Below, one piece after another: positions 51,411 to 63,526 of a stretch of DNA of 64,000 nt; positions within the stretch are counted from its first letter, which is position 1; every line of letters begins with the position of its first letter. A model generated the notes under the pieces. That model ran no database searches. It saw nothing but the letters and a program-made list of their open reading frames with translations, and had not been told where the DNA came from. The stretch is taken from contig OX597830.1 in NCBI GenBank assembly GCA_951406725.2, forward strand, positions 52,452,001 through 52,516,000, read 5' to 3'. The DNA comes from Octopus vulgaris. Lineage: Eukaryota. Position numbers and translations under genes: made by a program.

Positions 51411-52036
51411 ATGCCTATAAAAGCCATGCCTAGGATGGAAGTCTTATCAACTAATGTTTTTTTCCTCTTTAATTTGATTCATATTGTGTATTGTAATGTG
51501 CTGTTATGGACTTGTGTTGCAAATACTGGATCAACCAAGAAGAGAGTGTTGTACATATGTGTCGGATGTAACAGATTGAGTCGTGAAATTTACACCTTTC
51601 ATGTTTACACTGAAATTTGTATATTACATTTGTTGTCTAAAGTATGTTTTGCAGTTTTCAGGTTTGTGGTTTCCTGTTAATGAAAAGATTTTAATTTAGT
51701 TTGTGGTTAGGCTTGATGTACAAGTGTGACACTTATTCATTGGTTAACCAAGCATTTACAAGTAGGAGCCATTGCATTACATGATAAACAGTTCAAAAAA
51801 CAAAACTAAACAGAAAACCAATAGGTGGTATCTTTACCATACCATCCAATATAATATTCTACAGAAAACTAGATTAACTGTGGAAGATTTATTAATAGTA
51901 AAATGCAAATGAAAAATCAATGTGCAAATATTGCACATGACACATATACTGTGTAAGTAACCAGAAGTTAAGTATTAATAGTTTTAAAAAATCTAAGACC
52001 ATATCACCAGACAGCAATCAACTGTCTTAAAACCAA

Positions 52037-52340
52037 TCATCATCGTTTAATGTCCGTTTTCCATGCTAGCATGGGTTGGATGGTTTGACCAGGGTCTGGA
52101 AAGCCAGGAGGCTGCACCAGGCCCAGTCTGATCTGGCAGTGTTTCTATGGCTGGATGCCCTTCCTAATGCCAACCACTCCGTGAGTGTAGTGGGTGCTTT
52201 TTACGTGCCACCGGCACAGGTGCCAGGAGAGGCTGGCAATGGCCAAAATCGGTTGGTGCTTTTTACGTGCCATCGGCACAGAAGCCAGTCAAGGCGGCGC
52301 TGGCATCGGCCATGTATGGATGGTGCTTTTAACGTGCAAG
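52037..52340 (-). mobile_element. RTE-family 3' UTR fragment
   Basis: Conserved terminus. Confidence 0.85.
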
Positions 52341-52579
52341 AACACACATGTAAATGAAAAGTGTCACAGATATGTGCCGAAAGATTTCCAGACAATGGAC
52401 ATGAGTTAGAATAACAAAACAAGAGCAGTAATAAACGAGTGAAGGAAAAAATACATAGTGCGTGTGTTTATTTGGCAAAAAAAAAAGAAAAAAATGACCA
52501 TCCCAAAATACAACAATATCTGTTCCAGCACACAATTTCACATCAGGAATCTTGCAAAACATATGTATGTATGTATGCA

Positions 52580-53075
52580 TCATCATCATCATTTTTAGCA
52601 TCTGCTTTCTGTGCTGGCATAATTTAGACAGTTTGACTGGAGCTGGTAAGTCAGAGACTTGCACCAGGCTCCAGTGATTTGTTTTGGCTTGTTTCTATGG
52701 CTGGATGCTCTTCCCAATGCCAACCACTTTACACAGTCTACTGAGTGCTTTTTACGTGTCACTAGCATGAGTACCCTATGTCACTGGTGCAGGTGCTTTC
52801 TATGTGTCACTGGCACAGGTGCCCTTTCAATTGTATCACTAGCACAAGTGCCTTTTAAATGTCAATGGCTCAGGGGCCCTGTACATGTCACTGGCACTGG
52901 TGCCTTTTATGTATCACCAGCACAGTTCCTTTTCATGTGGCACTGGTACAGGTACCTTTTTAAACATATTACTGGCATGAGATCCTTCTACATGTCACCA
53001 GCACAGGTGCCTTTTACATGTCACCAGCACAGGTACCTTTTATATGTCATTGGCACAAGTTCCTTCTACATGTTA
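52580..53075 (-). mobile_element. RTE-family 3' UTR with ~25-bp minisatellite array
   Basis: Repeated atgtcactggcacaggtgcctttt units at 52755-53072. Confidence 0.8.
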
Positions 53076-53083
53076 CACACACT

Positions 53084-53122
<39 letters not shown>

Positions 53123-53194
53123 CTTGTTATGGGATCAGTGGTAGCCTGCCACTTCTGTTTATATATTGTGAGTAGGGATGATTGACTGCCATAT

Positions 53195-53268
53195 CTAGCA
53201 GGCAGGTGTCCAGTACCGATAAAGGGTAAAGACCCAGAAACTATGGTCTACTGGTCTTGCCAAGCTGG
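53195..53268 (+). ncRNA. Type-I hammerhead ribozyme-like motif (core mutated) in a retrozyme-like rod
   Basis: Stem I ccagta/tactgg (extended by ggcagg/cttgcc and ctagc/gctgg); core CCGATAA for CUGAUGA; stem II gggt-aaag-accc; GAAAC-tatg-GTC. Confidence 0.7.
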
Positions 53269-53647
53269 AGGGTAGTGATTTGCTCCCTTACTCACAATAT
53301 ATCGGACACAGCTTGCATGCCGTTGACCAGCTGGAAAAGACATTTTCCTGAGGTTAAAATGTAGTAACACGGTTCTTTATAGAACAGCCATGTTATAATG
53401 GCAAAAAAAAAAGCATTACCGCCTATATATATATATATATATATAAGGGAAACCGGGGCACAGTAGTCCCTTTCTTAGACCTGAAACATTGTACCTCAGT
53501 TTACAATTCATTCTACTAAGCTTTGACATTTTCACCCCAACATGTGTTTCAAATTAACAATGTAGATCTTGCTGTATTTTTTTCTTTTATGTAGAATTAA
53601 CAGGATACAGAATAAGGGTTGGGATTAGGTTTCATAGAAATCAATAC

Positions 53648-53709
53648 CAGCACCACCTCCACCACACCGCGCCCAGCACCACCTCCACCACACCGCGCCC
53701 AGCACCACC
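53648..53709. repeat. 26-bp tandem duplication
   Basis: ccagcaccacctccaccacaccgcgc occurs twice plus a partial copy. Confidence 0.9.
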
Positions 53710-53729
53710 GTAATGACCAAGTTACATAA

Positions 53730-53791
53730 TGTGTGTGTTATGTTTCTATATGGATATAGGTGTGTTTCTGTGTGTAAGAGTGATTATGACA

Positions 53792-53822
<31 letters not shown>

Positions 53823-54491
53823 CAAATATGTGAGTATATGTATGAGTGTGTATGTGTGTGAGTATATGTATGAGTGTGTGTGAGCATATGTGTGTGTGTA
53901 TATGAGTGTGTGTGTGTGTGTGCAAATGTGTGAGTGTATGTATGAGTGTGTATGTGTGTGAGCATATGTCTGTGTGTGTATATGTGTGTGTGTGACTATA
54001 TGCATGAGTGTGTATATGTGTGTGTAAATGTGTGAGTAAATGTATAAGAGTGTGTGTGCTTGTCAGTGAATGTTTGAGTGTATGTGCATGAGTGTGTGTG
54101 TGTCAATGAGTGTTTAAGTGTGCATATGTGTATGTTTTTATATGTGCATGTATAATCTTGTGTGCATCTGTATGTATGTGTATGTGTGTGGTAGAGAAGC
54201 AGGAGAGGCCGGGGATAGTAACATAATCATTACCTGGCAGGACGGCCAGATTGTAGTGGTGGAAGCAGCAGTGCTAGTATGGCTAAAGTGATCCGGCACA
54301 GGTGAGACAACAGTCACAGTTGAGAGACAGACACCATAGGCAGCACTACAGGTAGGTAGGTGTGTGTATACACATGCATATACATACATACACACCCACA
54401 TATATAAACACGTGTATATGTTTATTTATATATATATATGTATATAACACATACACACAAATATACACACATATATAAATACGTGTATATG

Positions 54492-54532
<41 letters not shown>

Positions 54533-54894
54533 CACATACACACACATATATATAATGTAAATGCTTTTTAGATTTTTATGGTGCTAAGTTGTAGAAGATA
54601 TGTGTAAGTATGTGCAAAGGTAGGAAAACTGAACAGGACTGCACGTGGGAATTGGATCTTGCGTTTGTTGTATGTCAGTCAACCATATTAACCATAATGC
54701 AGAAAAGCTTAAACAAATAATAACTTTTTATATATTTCTACCTTAGTTCAACTTGTAAATTTGGTATGTAAGTTTATATATGTGTGTGTGTCCATCCCTC
54801 TCATACCAGCATGGAAGGCGGACGTTAAACGATGATTATATATATATTTTTGTATGTTATTGTTATGTATGGCTAGATATGTGAGCATGTATGC

Positions 54895-54946
<52 letters not shown>

Positions 54947-55200
54947 ATGCATATGTGCAGTGTGACTGTGTCTGTATGTATATGTATGTATACACATATG
55001 TGCAGTGTGTGTATGTATGTATATGTATATGTGCAGTGTGTCTGTGTATGTATATATATATATGTGTATATGCATATGTGCAGTGTAACTCTATGTGTAT
55101 GTATATATATGCATATGTGCATCGTGACTGTGTGTGTGTATGTATATGTATGTATATACATATGTGCAGTGTGACTCTGTGTCTGTATGTGTGTGTACAT
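53730..55200. repeat. TG/TA-rich microsatellite-derived tracts with a short unique island (54190-54360)
   Basis: Direct observation. Confidence 0.85.
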
Positions 55201-55848
55201 ACGTATCACACTTATTTTCCTTATTTTCACTATGTGGTATCTTGTGCAAGTAACTTCTACTGTAACCTTGCGTCAAAACAGGCATTTTAAATGAAATCAG
55301 CGAAATAGAAACTAAGATGTTGTCCTGTTAGGTTTTTATTAAAAAGGTACAGCTTTGTCACTCGTTGTGTTACACTGATCCAGCTTGATCCTAATCCTGT
55401 TAAGTGTGCTGCATATATGTCTGTGGAATACTCAGCCATTTACTCTATGATTCAATGACAAGATAATTGATGTTAAATACGTTTACCATCTTGAGTTCCC
55501 TTTTACACCAATTTGTAAAACAATAAAGTATGTGTCTGTATGATATACAAATGTGGCTGTGAGGTTAAGAAGCTTGCCTCCCAAGAACATGCTTGGGTTC
55601 AGTTCCACTGTGCAACAGCTTAGGCAAGTGTCTTCTACTATAGCCCTGGGTTGAAGTATTGACCAACATCCATATCCTCCGGATAAAAGATGAGTTGTGA
55701 ACATAATTCTCCTGCCTGTATTCTTCTAACTACCTTTACTCTTAATTCTTCTATTTTATTCCTTTATTCTTCTATTTTATTCCTTATAAACTGTGAATTT
55801 TATTCTTTGTAAACTGTAAATTTTCCCTGTCTAAAATGTCCACGCCTT

Positions 55849-55924
55849 GTTTCTGATGATAGAATACTCAGTGCATGGGCATGCTAACCAACCACTTCGG
55901 TTATCCCAGAAACAGCTGTAAGAC
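55849..55924 (+). ncRNA. Minimal Penelope-type hammerhead motif
   Basis: gttt-CTGATGA-tagaata...tatccca-GAAA-cagctg-TA-agac, with a palindromic stem III. Confidence 0.6.
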
Positions 55925-56174
55925 TTTAAGTTCTCCTTACCCTAATTAAATTATTCTAAATGACTTGAGATACTCGTTCTGCCGTGGTTTTGATTTTTCC
56001 TCTAATATAATATAATATATACCTGCTATAGCGGAACCCTAAGACAGATCCCTAGATCTAGTCTTAGCTGTGATCTTGGAAACCCAGCAGTTGACCAACT
56101 ATAGTGCTTACTCAGTGTACCTGTTCATTTAGATCACAAGTGAACTAAACCCCTTTGTATTCTATTTATTTGTA

Positions 56175-56226
<52 letters not shown>

Positions 56227-56404
56227 CATACATACACACACGTGCACACACACACACACACACAAACAGAGTTTCTTGGAACATTGAATACCCATTTCTG
56301 ATGACACTCATGTATAAAAATTATATACTCACCTAATGTGAGTATATAATTTTATATACTACTTAATGACAAAAGTAGTTGGAAGAGATTTCTTGATGAT
56401 ATTG

Positions 56405-56442
<38 letters not shown>

Positions 56443-56779
56443 CCTGGTCATATGTATCACATGCTTATGATAAGACAAGAGACGTCCACAAAACAGTGGA
56501 AAAACATAAATACACATAATTCGGCTGCAGTTCCATTGAATTTCCTGCTTATATAATCATATAAGGAAATCACCATTCTTCATTTTACATCCACTTTCCA
56601 TGCTGACATAGGTTGGACAGGTCATTGCATTCTCGATTACATCTTATTGTGAGCTCCAAATGACCAGATATTTATTTCTGTCATATGGTTTGGTTTCTGT
56701 GGCTGGATGCCTCCCCACAGTGCCAACCACTTTACAGAGTGTACTTTTTTGTTGTTTTTTTTGTTTTTTTTTGTCACTG

Positions 56780-57163
56780 GCATGGCTGTGTAGTAAGAAG
56801 CTTGCTTCCTGACCACATCGTTCTAGGTTCAGTCCCACTGTGTGACACCTTGGGCAAGTGTCTTCTGTTATAGCCTTGGGCCAACCAAAACTTTGTGAGT
56901 GTATTTGGTAGACAAAAACTGAAAGAAGCAGTGTGTGTGTGTGTGTGTCGCACAGATGCATACACATATGTTTGTGTGTATGTGTCTGTGTATGTTTGTC
57001 CCCCACTTGACAACTAGTGCTGGTTTGTTTACATCCCTGTAACTTAGCAGTTTGACAAAAGGAGACCGATAGAATAAGTACCAGGTTTTAAAAAAATTAC
57101 TCGGGTCAGTTCATGCACCTAAAATTCTTCAAGGTGGTGCTTCAACATGACCATAGTCTAATG
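56780..57163 (+). mobile_element. SINE family B (tail resumes at 58367-58392)
   Basis: Split by the hAT element. Confidence 0.85.
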
Positions 57164-57400
57164 CAGTGTTTCCCAAACATTTTTCTCTATGTCACATTTT
57201 TGGAATGATAATTTGCTTGTGCCTCACCGAATTTTATGTGATAAAAAGTGCATTTAAATATAAAAACGACTAATAGTGCATTAAATATAATATATAACAC
57301 AAATAACTTATAATATGATTAAAGTACACAAATTTAATGAAAGGTATGAGCTTGTTTTGATGAGTAATCTCCTTTATATTAGGCTTAATTTGCGATAAAC

Positions 57401-57630
57401 TATTTCTTTACTACCCACAAGGGGCTAAACACAGAGAGGACAAACAAGGACAGACAAACGGATAAAATGATTATATCGACCCCAGTGCGTAACTGATACT
57501 TATTTAATGGACCCTGAAAGGATGAAAGGCAAAGTTGACCTCGGTGGAATTTGAACTCAGAACGTAATGGCAAACGAAATACTGCAAAGCATTTCGCCCG
57601 GCGTGCTAACGTTTCTGCCAGCTCGTTGCC
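57401..57630 (-). mobile_element. SINE family A inside the hAT element
   Basis: Full copy; 15-bp TSD taatttg(c/a)gataaac. Confidence 0.9.
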
Positions 57631-57633
57631 TAA

Positions 57634-58023
57634 TCTTTATATATAAAAGAGAGGTTGTGTGTCTGTCTCCTACGATTTAGATTCCTAACTACTCCCACAT
57701 TTTGTGGTGCAGTTTAACCAAAACCGGGTATCTTATAGTCGTGATTCATATCGAGCCCTTTTGGGTATTAGCGTGCACATCTACGATGAGTCTACGATTT
57801 AAAAAAAAATTTACCATCATTTTTTTCCATTTTAATGCATTTTTTCGCTATTATATAAGGGAAGTAACTCTCTAAAAATGTCTACGATGAGTCAACGATT
57901 TTTACCATCATTTCTTTTCCATTTTTAATGCATTTTTTTGCTATTTTTTGGCTATAACTCTCTAAAAATGCTTATATAGTTATTTCCCTTACAAACCCGA
58001 GCAACGCCGGGCGATACTGCTAG
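57634..58023 (+). mobile_element. Non-autonomous Helitron
   Basis: A|TC...hairpin-CTAG|T; internally rearranged relative of 2819-3333. Confidence 0.88.
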
Positions 58024-58824
58024 TTTGAGATAAACAAACTCTCATCTCCTCCTCATCAACACAAAGAAGTCTTTCCCTTTTTTGGTTTTTGATATTTGTC
58101 AGAACTGAAAATCCTTGTTCCCAGCAATATGTCATGGAGAACTGTAGAAGAATGGATAATGCTTTTGAAGAGACACATGGATACTGTTTCTGGTTGTATA
58201 TCCAAAGAGAGTCCAATAATATTTTAAATTTTGAAATCATTTATTTTTGGTATATGAATTTTTTGAGACTCTTTCTTAATCTTTGATTGTCTTTCAATCA
58301 CTCCACCTCACCTGCTATCCTCCTCTGTCACACCACTGCACCGTTTGGGAACCCACTGGTCTAATGGCCGGAACAAGTGAAATATAAAAGATAACTCTAG
58401 AGAAGTTGAATAGTCCTTAGTGGGACAGGGTGAGAGGGATCTTGTAACACTATACTTTCTCTGCTCATTTGGCTAAATGTTGAAGACCAATCAAGTACTG
58501 AGACCAATGAAACTGACTAAAAAATTGGTCTGTGTGTTTAAATCACTTTACAATGTAAACAATGGGTAGGGTGAAGGGAACCTTGTACATAGTAAATGTA
58601 AATTTGGTAAGTCAAGAAATAGGTATTTGGAATAGGAGACGAACAGACGGATGCATGCACATATGCAGGCATGCTGTGTCTGGCAACCCACTGGTATTCT
58701 GAGCAAAGCCCTGTCTTTTTAACACAAAACTCTCAGAGAAGTTTCTATGAGGCAGCTACTGCCATTCCATGTATAACATTACAAATGTTATAAATGCCAT
58801 TATTTTAATGTAAGGGTAGCATCA

Positions 58825-59665
58825 TCTATTATAATAAATGCAAAATTCTGTCTGTCTGAGACCCATGTAGTTCAGTCTGCATTTGCTCTGTATCAACATA
58901 TTATACCTTTTGGGAATCAGGATTATACCGGGATTGAAAATCTGCCCTTCATGTGGTTTTTGAACATTCAGCATTGGGATCAGGTTTGGGTGAGGATTTG
59001 TTATATGCTAACAGTTGAAAATTCAAATTTTAAAAGAACTCCAAAAATTTGTGAACTTACAAGATTTTTATTTAAACTGAATTTAAAGTAATACCAAAAC
59101 TTCGTGAATTAAAAAGATATTTTCAATTCAGTTCATTTGAAACCAGATCCAAGTTAGAGTGAGAGATTTCTTGTTCTTGAAATTTTGAAGTTCCATGGAG
59201 TTTGTGAATTGAAGTACTTGGAAGGAAATATTAAAGAACTTGAACTTTCAGCCCAAATTGGACTTTCAACCCAAATCAGACTTCCGCCCAAATCAACCAG
59301 ATCGGACTTTAAGCCTGATCAGACTTCCAACCAAATTGGACTTTCAGCAGAGTCAGTTTATTCAGAGATTTGAATGTTGGAAGATTTGCAGCTCAGCTAT
59401 TGGATCTGGGAAATGGAAGCACTCAGCAAGACAATGGAGACATCACATTTCCAAATGGCTGAGGCATTTTGGTCAAAACTGTAGAAGAGTTGATTACCAA
59501 GGTTTACCCAAACATTGAACATAATTTTCAAGAACATGATTGGCTTTGTGAAAGAGCCATACTTGCACCAAAGAATGAAACCGTCCAGGTTGTCAATTGG
59601 AAACTTATGCAATCCATCAATACTAAGGAAAAAAATTATTTCTCACTTGATATTATTGTAGACCC
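58825..59665 (+). mobile_element. Helitron remnant with Pif1-type helicase fragment
   Basis: A|TCTATTATAATAAA start; ~17-bp tandem repeats at 59240-59350; 59379-59665 reads FAAQLLDLGNG..EELITKVYPNI...WLCERAILAPKNETV..VN. Confidence 0.85.
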
Positions 59666-60027
59666 CTATGTGACAGGCTTCTACATAGTTTCCATCTGCA
59701 AATACTTTTGATAGGCTATTATACTATGGTAGAAGACTCTTGTCAAGGTGCCATACAGTGGGACTGAACCTATCATAGATCTGTTAAATAACAACAACAT
59801 CTGGTTGACTTCTCCCTTCATAGAACATCATAAACAACCACCACAGCTATGTATGGCTCTAATTAGATCAGCTACATTACAAAAACTATTGATTACATCT
59901 TTTGATCTGCCATCCCAACACTTTATCCACTTCATCATATGGATATGCCTACTGCTAACAATGCCTGCAGCCAACATGGTTCTATATAGGGTTACTTTAC
60001 TTGCTAGGAATAGCAACCAAATCTCCC

Positions 60028-60998
60028 TTAACTCTTTTGATACCAACCCTGCTTCTGTGATCTAAATTAAATACTGCCATCAAAATTTCATGTTTATGAT
60101 CCTAACACCAGCTTAATAATGGTTTCAAATTTTGGTACAAGGTCAGCAACTTCAAGGGAGGGATTAAGTCGATTGCGTTAACCCCTTTACTCAACTGATA
60201 CTTATTTTATCAACCCCCAAAAGGATGACAGATAGTCGATCTTGGCAGAATTTGAACTCAGAACATAAAGACAGACAAAATATTGCCTTACACTAGCTTA
60301 ATAATGACAGTTATTTTACTTATAATTAGACCTCATTATTTTCAAAATTATTTGAAATGAAGGCAATGTATTTCAACAAAAATATGGCAATGACAGGGTT
60401 AATGACACCTCGTTAACTGCCTTAAAAAGAGAAAAGCACATTAGAGAATGTAGCCCTGGATGCACTATGTAAGGAAATATAAAAAAAACAATCCAGTAAT
60501 TGCTGGAAGCTTTTTCCAAAGTTCAGCAGTGTGTGTTTAAACAACAACTCTTCACCTATTTGATACTAACCCACCTGTGTCTTATGGTAAAAGTTGCCTA
60601 TTTTAAAGTGATCTTAATTAAATCTTCCATTAAAATTTCATATTAATTTATGAGCCATTCACCAACATAATAATGACATTTATTTTTTTTTTTTTTCTAA
60701 ATTTTTCATTATGTTCAAAATTAATTGAAACAAAGGTAGTATATTTCAACAGAAATATGGTAACAAATGTATTAACCTTTTTGATATCAACCCACCTGAG
60801 ACCAGCACTGGTTCTGTAATACAAATTTCCTGATTTAAATGATCAAAATTTAAACTTTTAAAATGATCAAAATTGTTAAATTATGTTTCAAATATCAGCT
60901 GAAATAATAAAGTCTTTTACTAAATTCTTTATTATTTTCAAGCTGAATTGAAAGACAGGCAATGTAGGTTAACAGAAATGTGGTTATAAAAAAGTTAG
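60028..60998. mobile_element. Three copies of a TTAA-flanked (piggyBac-like) MITE
   Basis: Units at 60028-60402, ~60556-60776 and 60773-60998 share tttgata(c/t)caaccc...aaca(g)aaat(a)tgg; the first contains a family A SINE with a 17-bp TSD. Confidence 0.65.
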
Positions 60999-61174
60999 AC
61001 ATTCGTTATATTTAAAGTTCTGGCTTTCAGTTAGTCTGCCAAATATTCCACTGTATGTCTTCTGAACTTAACCAATTATTGTCATTCAGTATTTATTACA
61101 CTGTATAACATTTTTGTTTTGTTTTGTTTTTTTTGTCTTTGGCAGTAAGTGTTATTTCTTACTTGCTTCTATCT

Positions 61175-61520
61175 AGAAAGCAAAGGAAATGACTACTTTT
61201 CCCTTCAAACTTTGCTTTTACTACCTGGACATCAATGTTTTAAAACTGACCTATTTTCCATTACATTTCAGACAGGTTCAGTTCTGAGTTACTGAAGCAG
61301 AAATATCATTGCAGCAAATATTCTGCTCAATACATACAGATTTACTTGTCAGTTGCTTGACCATGTCCCTGGGTGGCTGACAGTATGTGCATCTCTGATC
61401 ATGGGCAGGAGTAGTGGGAAAACATCATAGCCATGTGTTGAGAGGGATTCTTTGGGGTTTGAATAAATGAAACAAAAGCAAAGTTTGAAAGAAGTATTAG
61501 CTATTTTTATACTTTCTGGG
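61175..61520. mobile_element. MITE-like element
   Basis: Perfect 16-bp inverted repeat at 61204-61219 and 61474-61489. Confidence 0.5.
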
Positions 61521-61597
61521 GATAAGCAAATCGGAAATAACAGTTGCTACCCAAGGGCAAAGATCACGTTACATAGTGTTATTGATGGAGTTCCTGT

Positions 61598-61980
61598 GGA
61601 GGCACAATGGCCCAGTGGTTAGGGCAGCGGACTCGCGGTCGTAGGATCGCGGTTTCGATTCCCAGACCGGACGTTGTGAGTGTTTATTGAGCGAAAACAC
61701 CTAAAGCTGCACGAGGCTCCGGCAGGGATGGTGGTGATTCCTGCTGTACTCTTTCACCACAACTTTCTCTCACTCTTACTTCCAGTTTCTGTTGTACCTG
61801 TATTTCAAAGGGCCGGCCTTGTCACTCTCTGTGTCACGCTGAATATCCCCGAGAACTACGTTAAGGGTACGCATGTCTGTGGAGTGCTCAGCCACTTACA
61901 CGTTAATTTCACGAGCAGGCTGTTCCGTTGATCGGATCAACCGGAACCCTCATCGTCGTAACCGATGGAGTGCTTCCAAA
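61598..61980 (+). mobile_element. SINE family C with TSD
   Basis: TSD atggagttcct at 61585-61595 and 61981-61991. Confidence 0.93.
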
Positions 61981-62068
61981 ATGGAGTTCCTACATACTCC
62001 AGTTGGAAAGATCAAGGGAGTTCACTGACTAGGTGACAATGTCAGTATATGCTCTCTTTTATTAAATA

Positions 62069-62574
62069 CTAGCAGTATCGCCCGGCGTTGCTCGGGTTTG
62101 TAAGGGAAATAACTATATAAGCATTTTTAGAGAGTTACTTCCCTTATAAATTCGGGCTTTCTTAGCCATTTTTGTTTTGGTGTCTTCAAGCCATGAAGTC
62201 GTTGTTCTAAAAGAACGCTGGTTTTCTTCACAACACATTACAACGTTGATTTCTTTACACCCCCTTCCCCACAGCTTCACGAGGGAGGGAAGGGGGAGAA
62301 GCAAACAGGTGCAGCTGTGAGCGTGGACGCCAACTCCGCCGCCATCGACACACGATGCATTTTATGCATTAAAATGGAATAAAAAATGATGTTAAATTAT
62401 TTTTAAAATCGTAGACTCATCGTTGACGCACGCTAATAGTCAGACGGGCTCGATATGAATCACGACTATAAGATACCCGAATTTGATTAAACTGCACCGC
62501 AAAATGTGGGAGGAGTTAGGAATCTAAATCGAAGGGGACAGACACTCACACAACTAGAGTTTTATATATATAGA
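62069..62574 (-). mobile_element. Non-autonomous Helitron
   Basis: Full reverse-complement relative of 2819-3333 with TC and CTAG ends at an A|T site. Confidence 0.88.
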
Positions 62575-62944
62575 TTTTGGATTTTAACTCTTTGCAGTCT
62601 CGACCATTCATTTTCCAAGGTCTGGAACTTCAGCCCTTTATTCAAAGCATGAATTTTGTTTAAACAGGTGCATGGCATTAACAAGACTCAGCAAATGGGA
62701 AATGTGTCTGTCATTCTTGTAAGTCACAGCAGTGAATGTTTGCCTCGCTCCAATATATATTGTTTTTTTTTAAAACAACAGTCTATGAAGGGATTTTATC
62801 TCAGACAACTCCACAGCATCATGCCTTCTAACTGTGTATACCCTTAGTATGAAACACAAATGGTGATATATAAAAATATAACTCCTCTATTACTCATACT
62901 GAATGTGCTGTTTTCCTGACTTATGGACAATTTACTGATAATTT

Positions 62945-63009
<65 letters not shown>

Positions 63010-63109
63010 TACATACATCATCATCATCATTTAACATCTGTTTTACATGCTGGCATGGGTTGGATTTTCTTGAGTACAGAAATGTGCCAAATATCTCAGT
63101 CCTTAGTCA

Positions 63110-63184
<75 letters not shown>

Positions 63185-63495
63185 TAAGGTATGTAGAAAA
63201 ATACAACATGGACAAGAACGTATAACTCTTAGAAGACGATACAATAAACACGGACAGGACATTCGAAACCCTCAGTCTTCAGTCAAGAACCGGATCATCG
63301 TAGTAATTTCGGCTGATTAATATATATATATATGCACACACATACACACACACACATATATATATACACACACACACACATACACACACTCACACACACA
63401 CAGCCACACAGAGTTCACCTTAAAGTATGCAAATATAGATCAGGATAGATATTAAATGCAGTTACCCTCTCTGTCTGTCTCTCTCCTCTCTCTCT

Positions 63496-63526
<31 letters not shown>

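Larger units (their letters stand above)
57164..58358 (-). mobile_element. hAT (Buster/Charlie-type) deletion derivative
   Basis: TIRs cagtgtttcccaaac / gtttgggaacccactg; 8-bp TSD gtctaatg (57156-57163, 58359-58366); transposase C-terminus YP..SSKALSILLQFSMTYCWEQGFS..IK...CLSQIKPNI..QAH. Confidence 0.92.

Noticed and set aside
52755-53072. Regularly spaced ~25-bp repeats resembling a CRISPR array
   Set aside because: No unique spacers, eukaryotic context, and derived from the RTE UTR subrepeat.
53126-53369. Solo LTR (TGTTAT...GTAACA)
   Set aside because: No TSD, PBS or PPT; the hammerhead/rod fold explains the sequence better.
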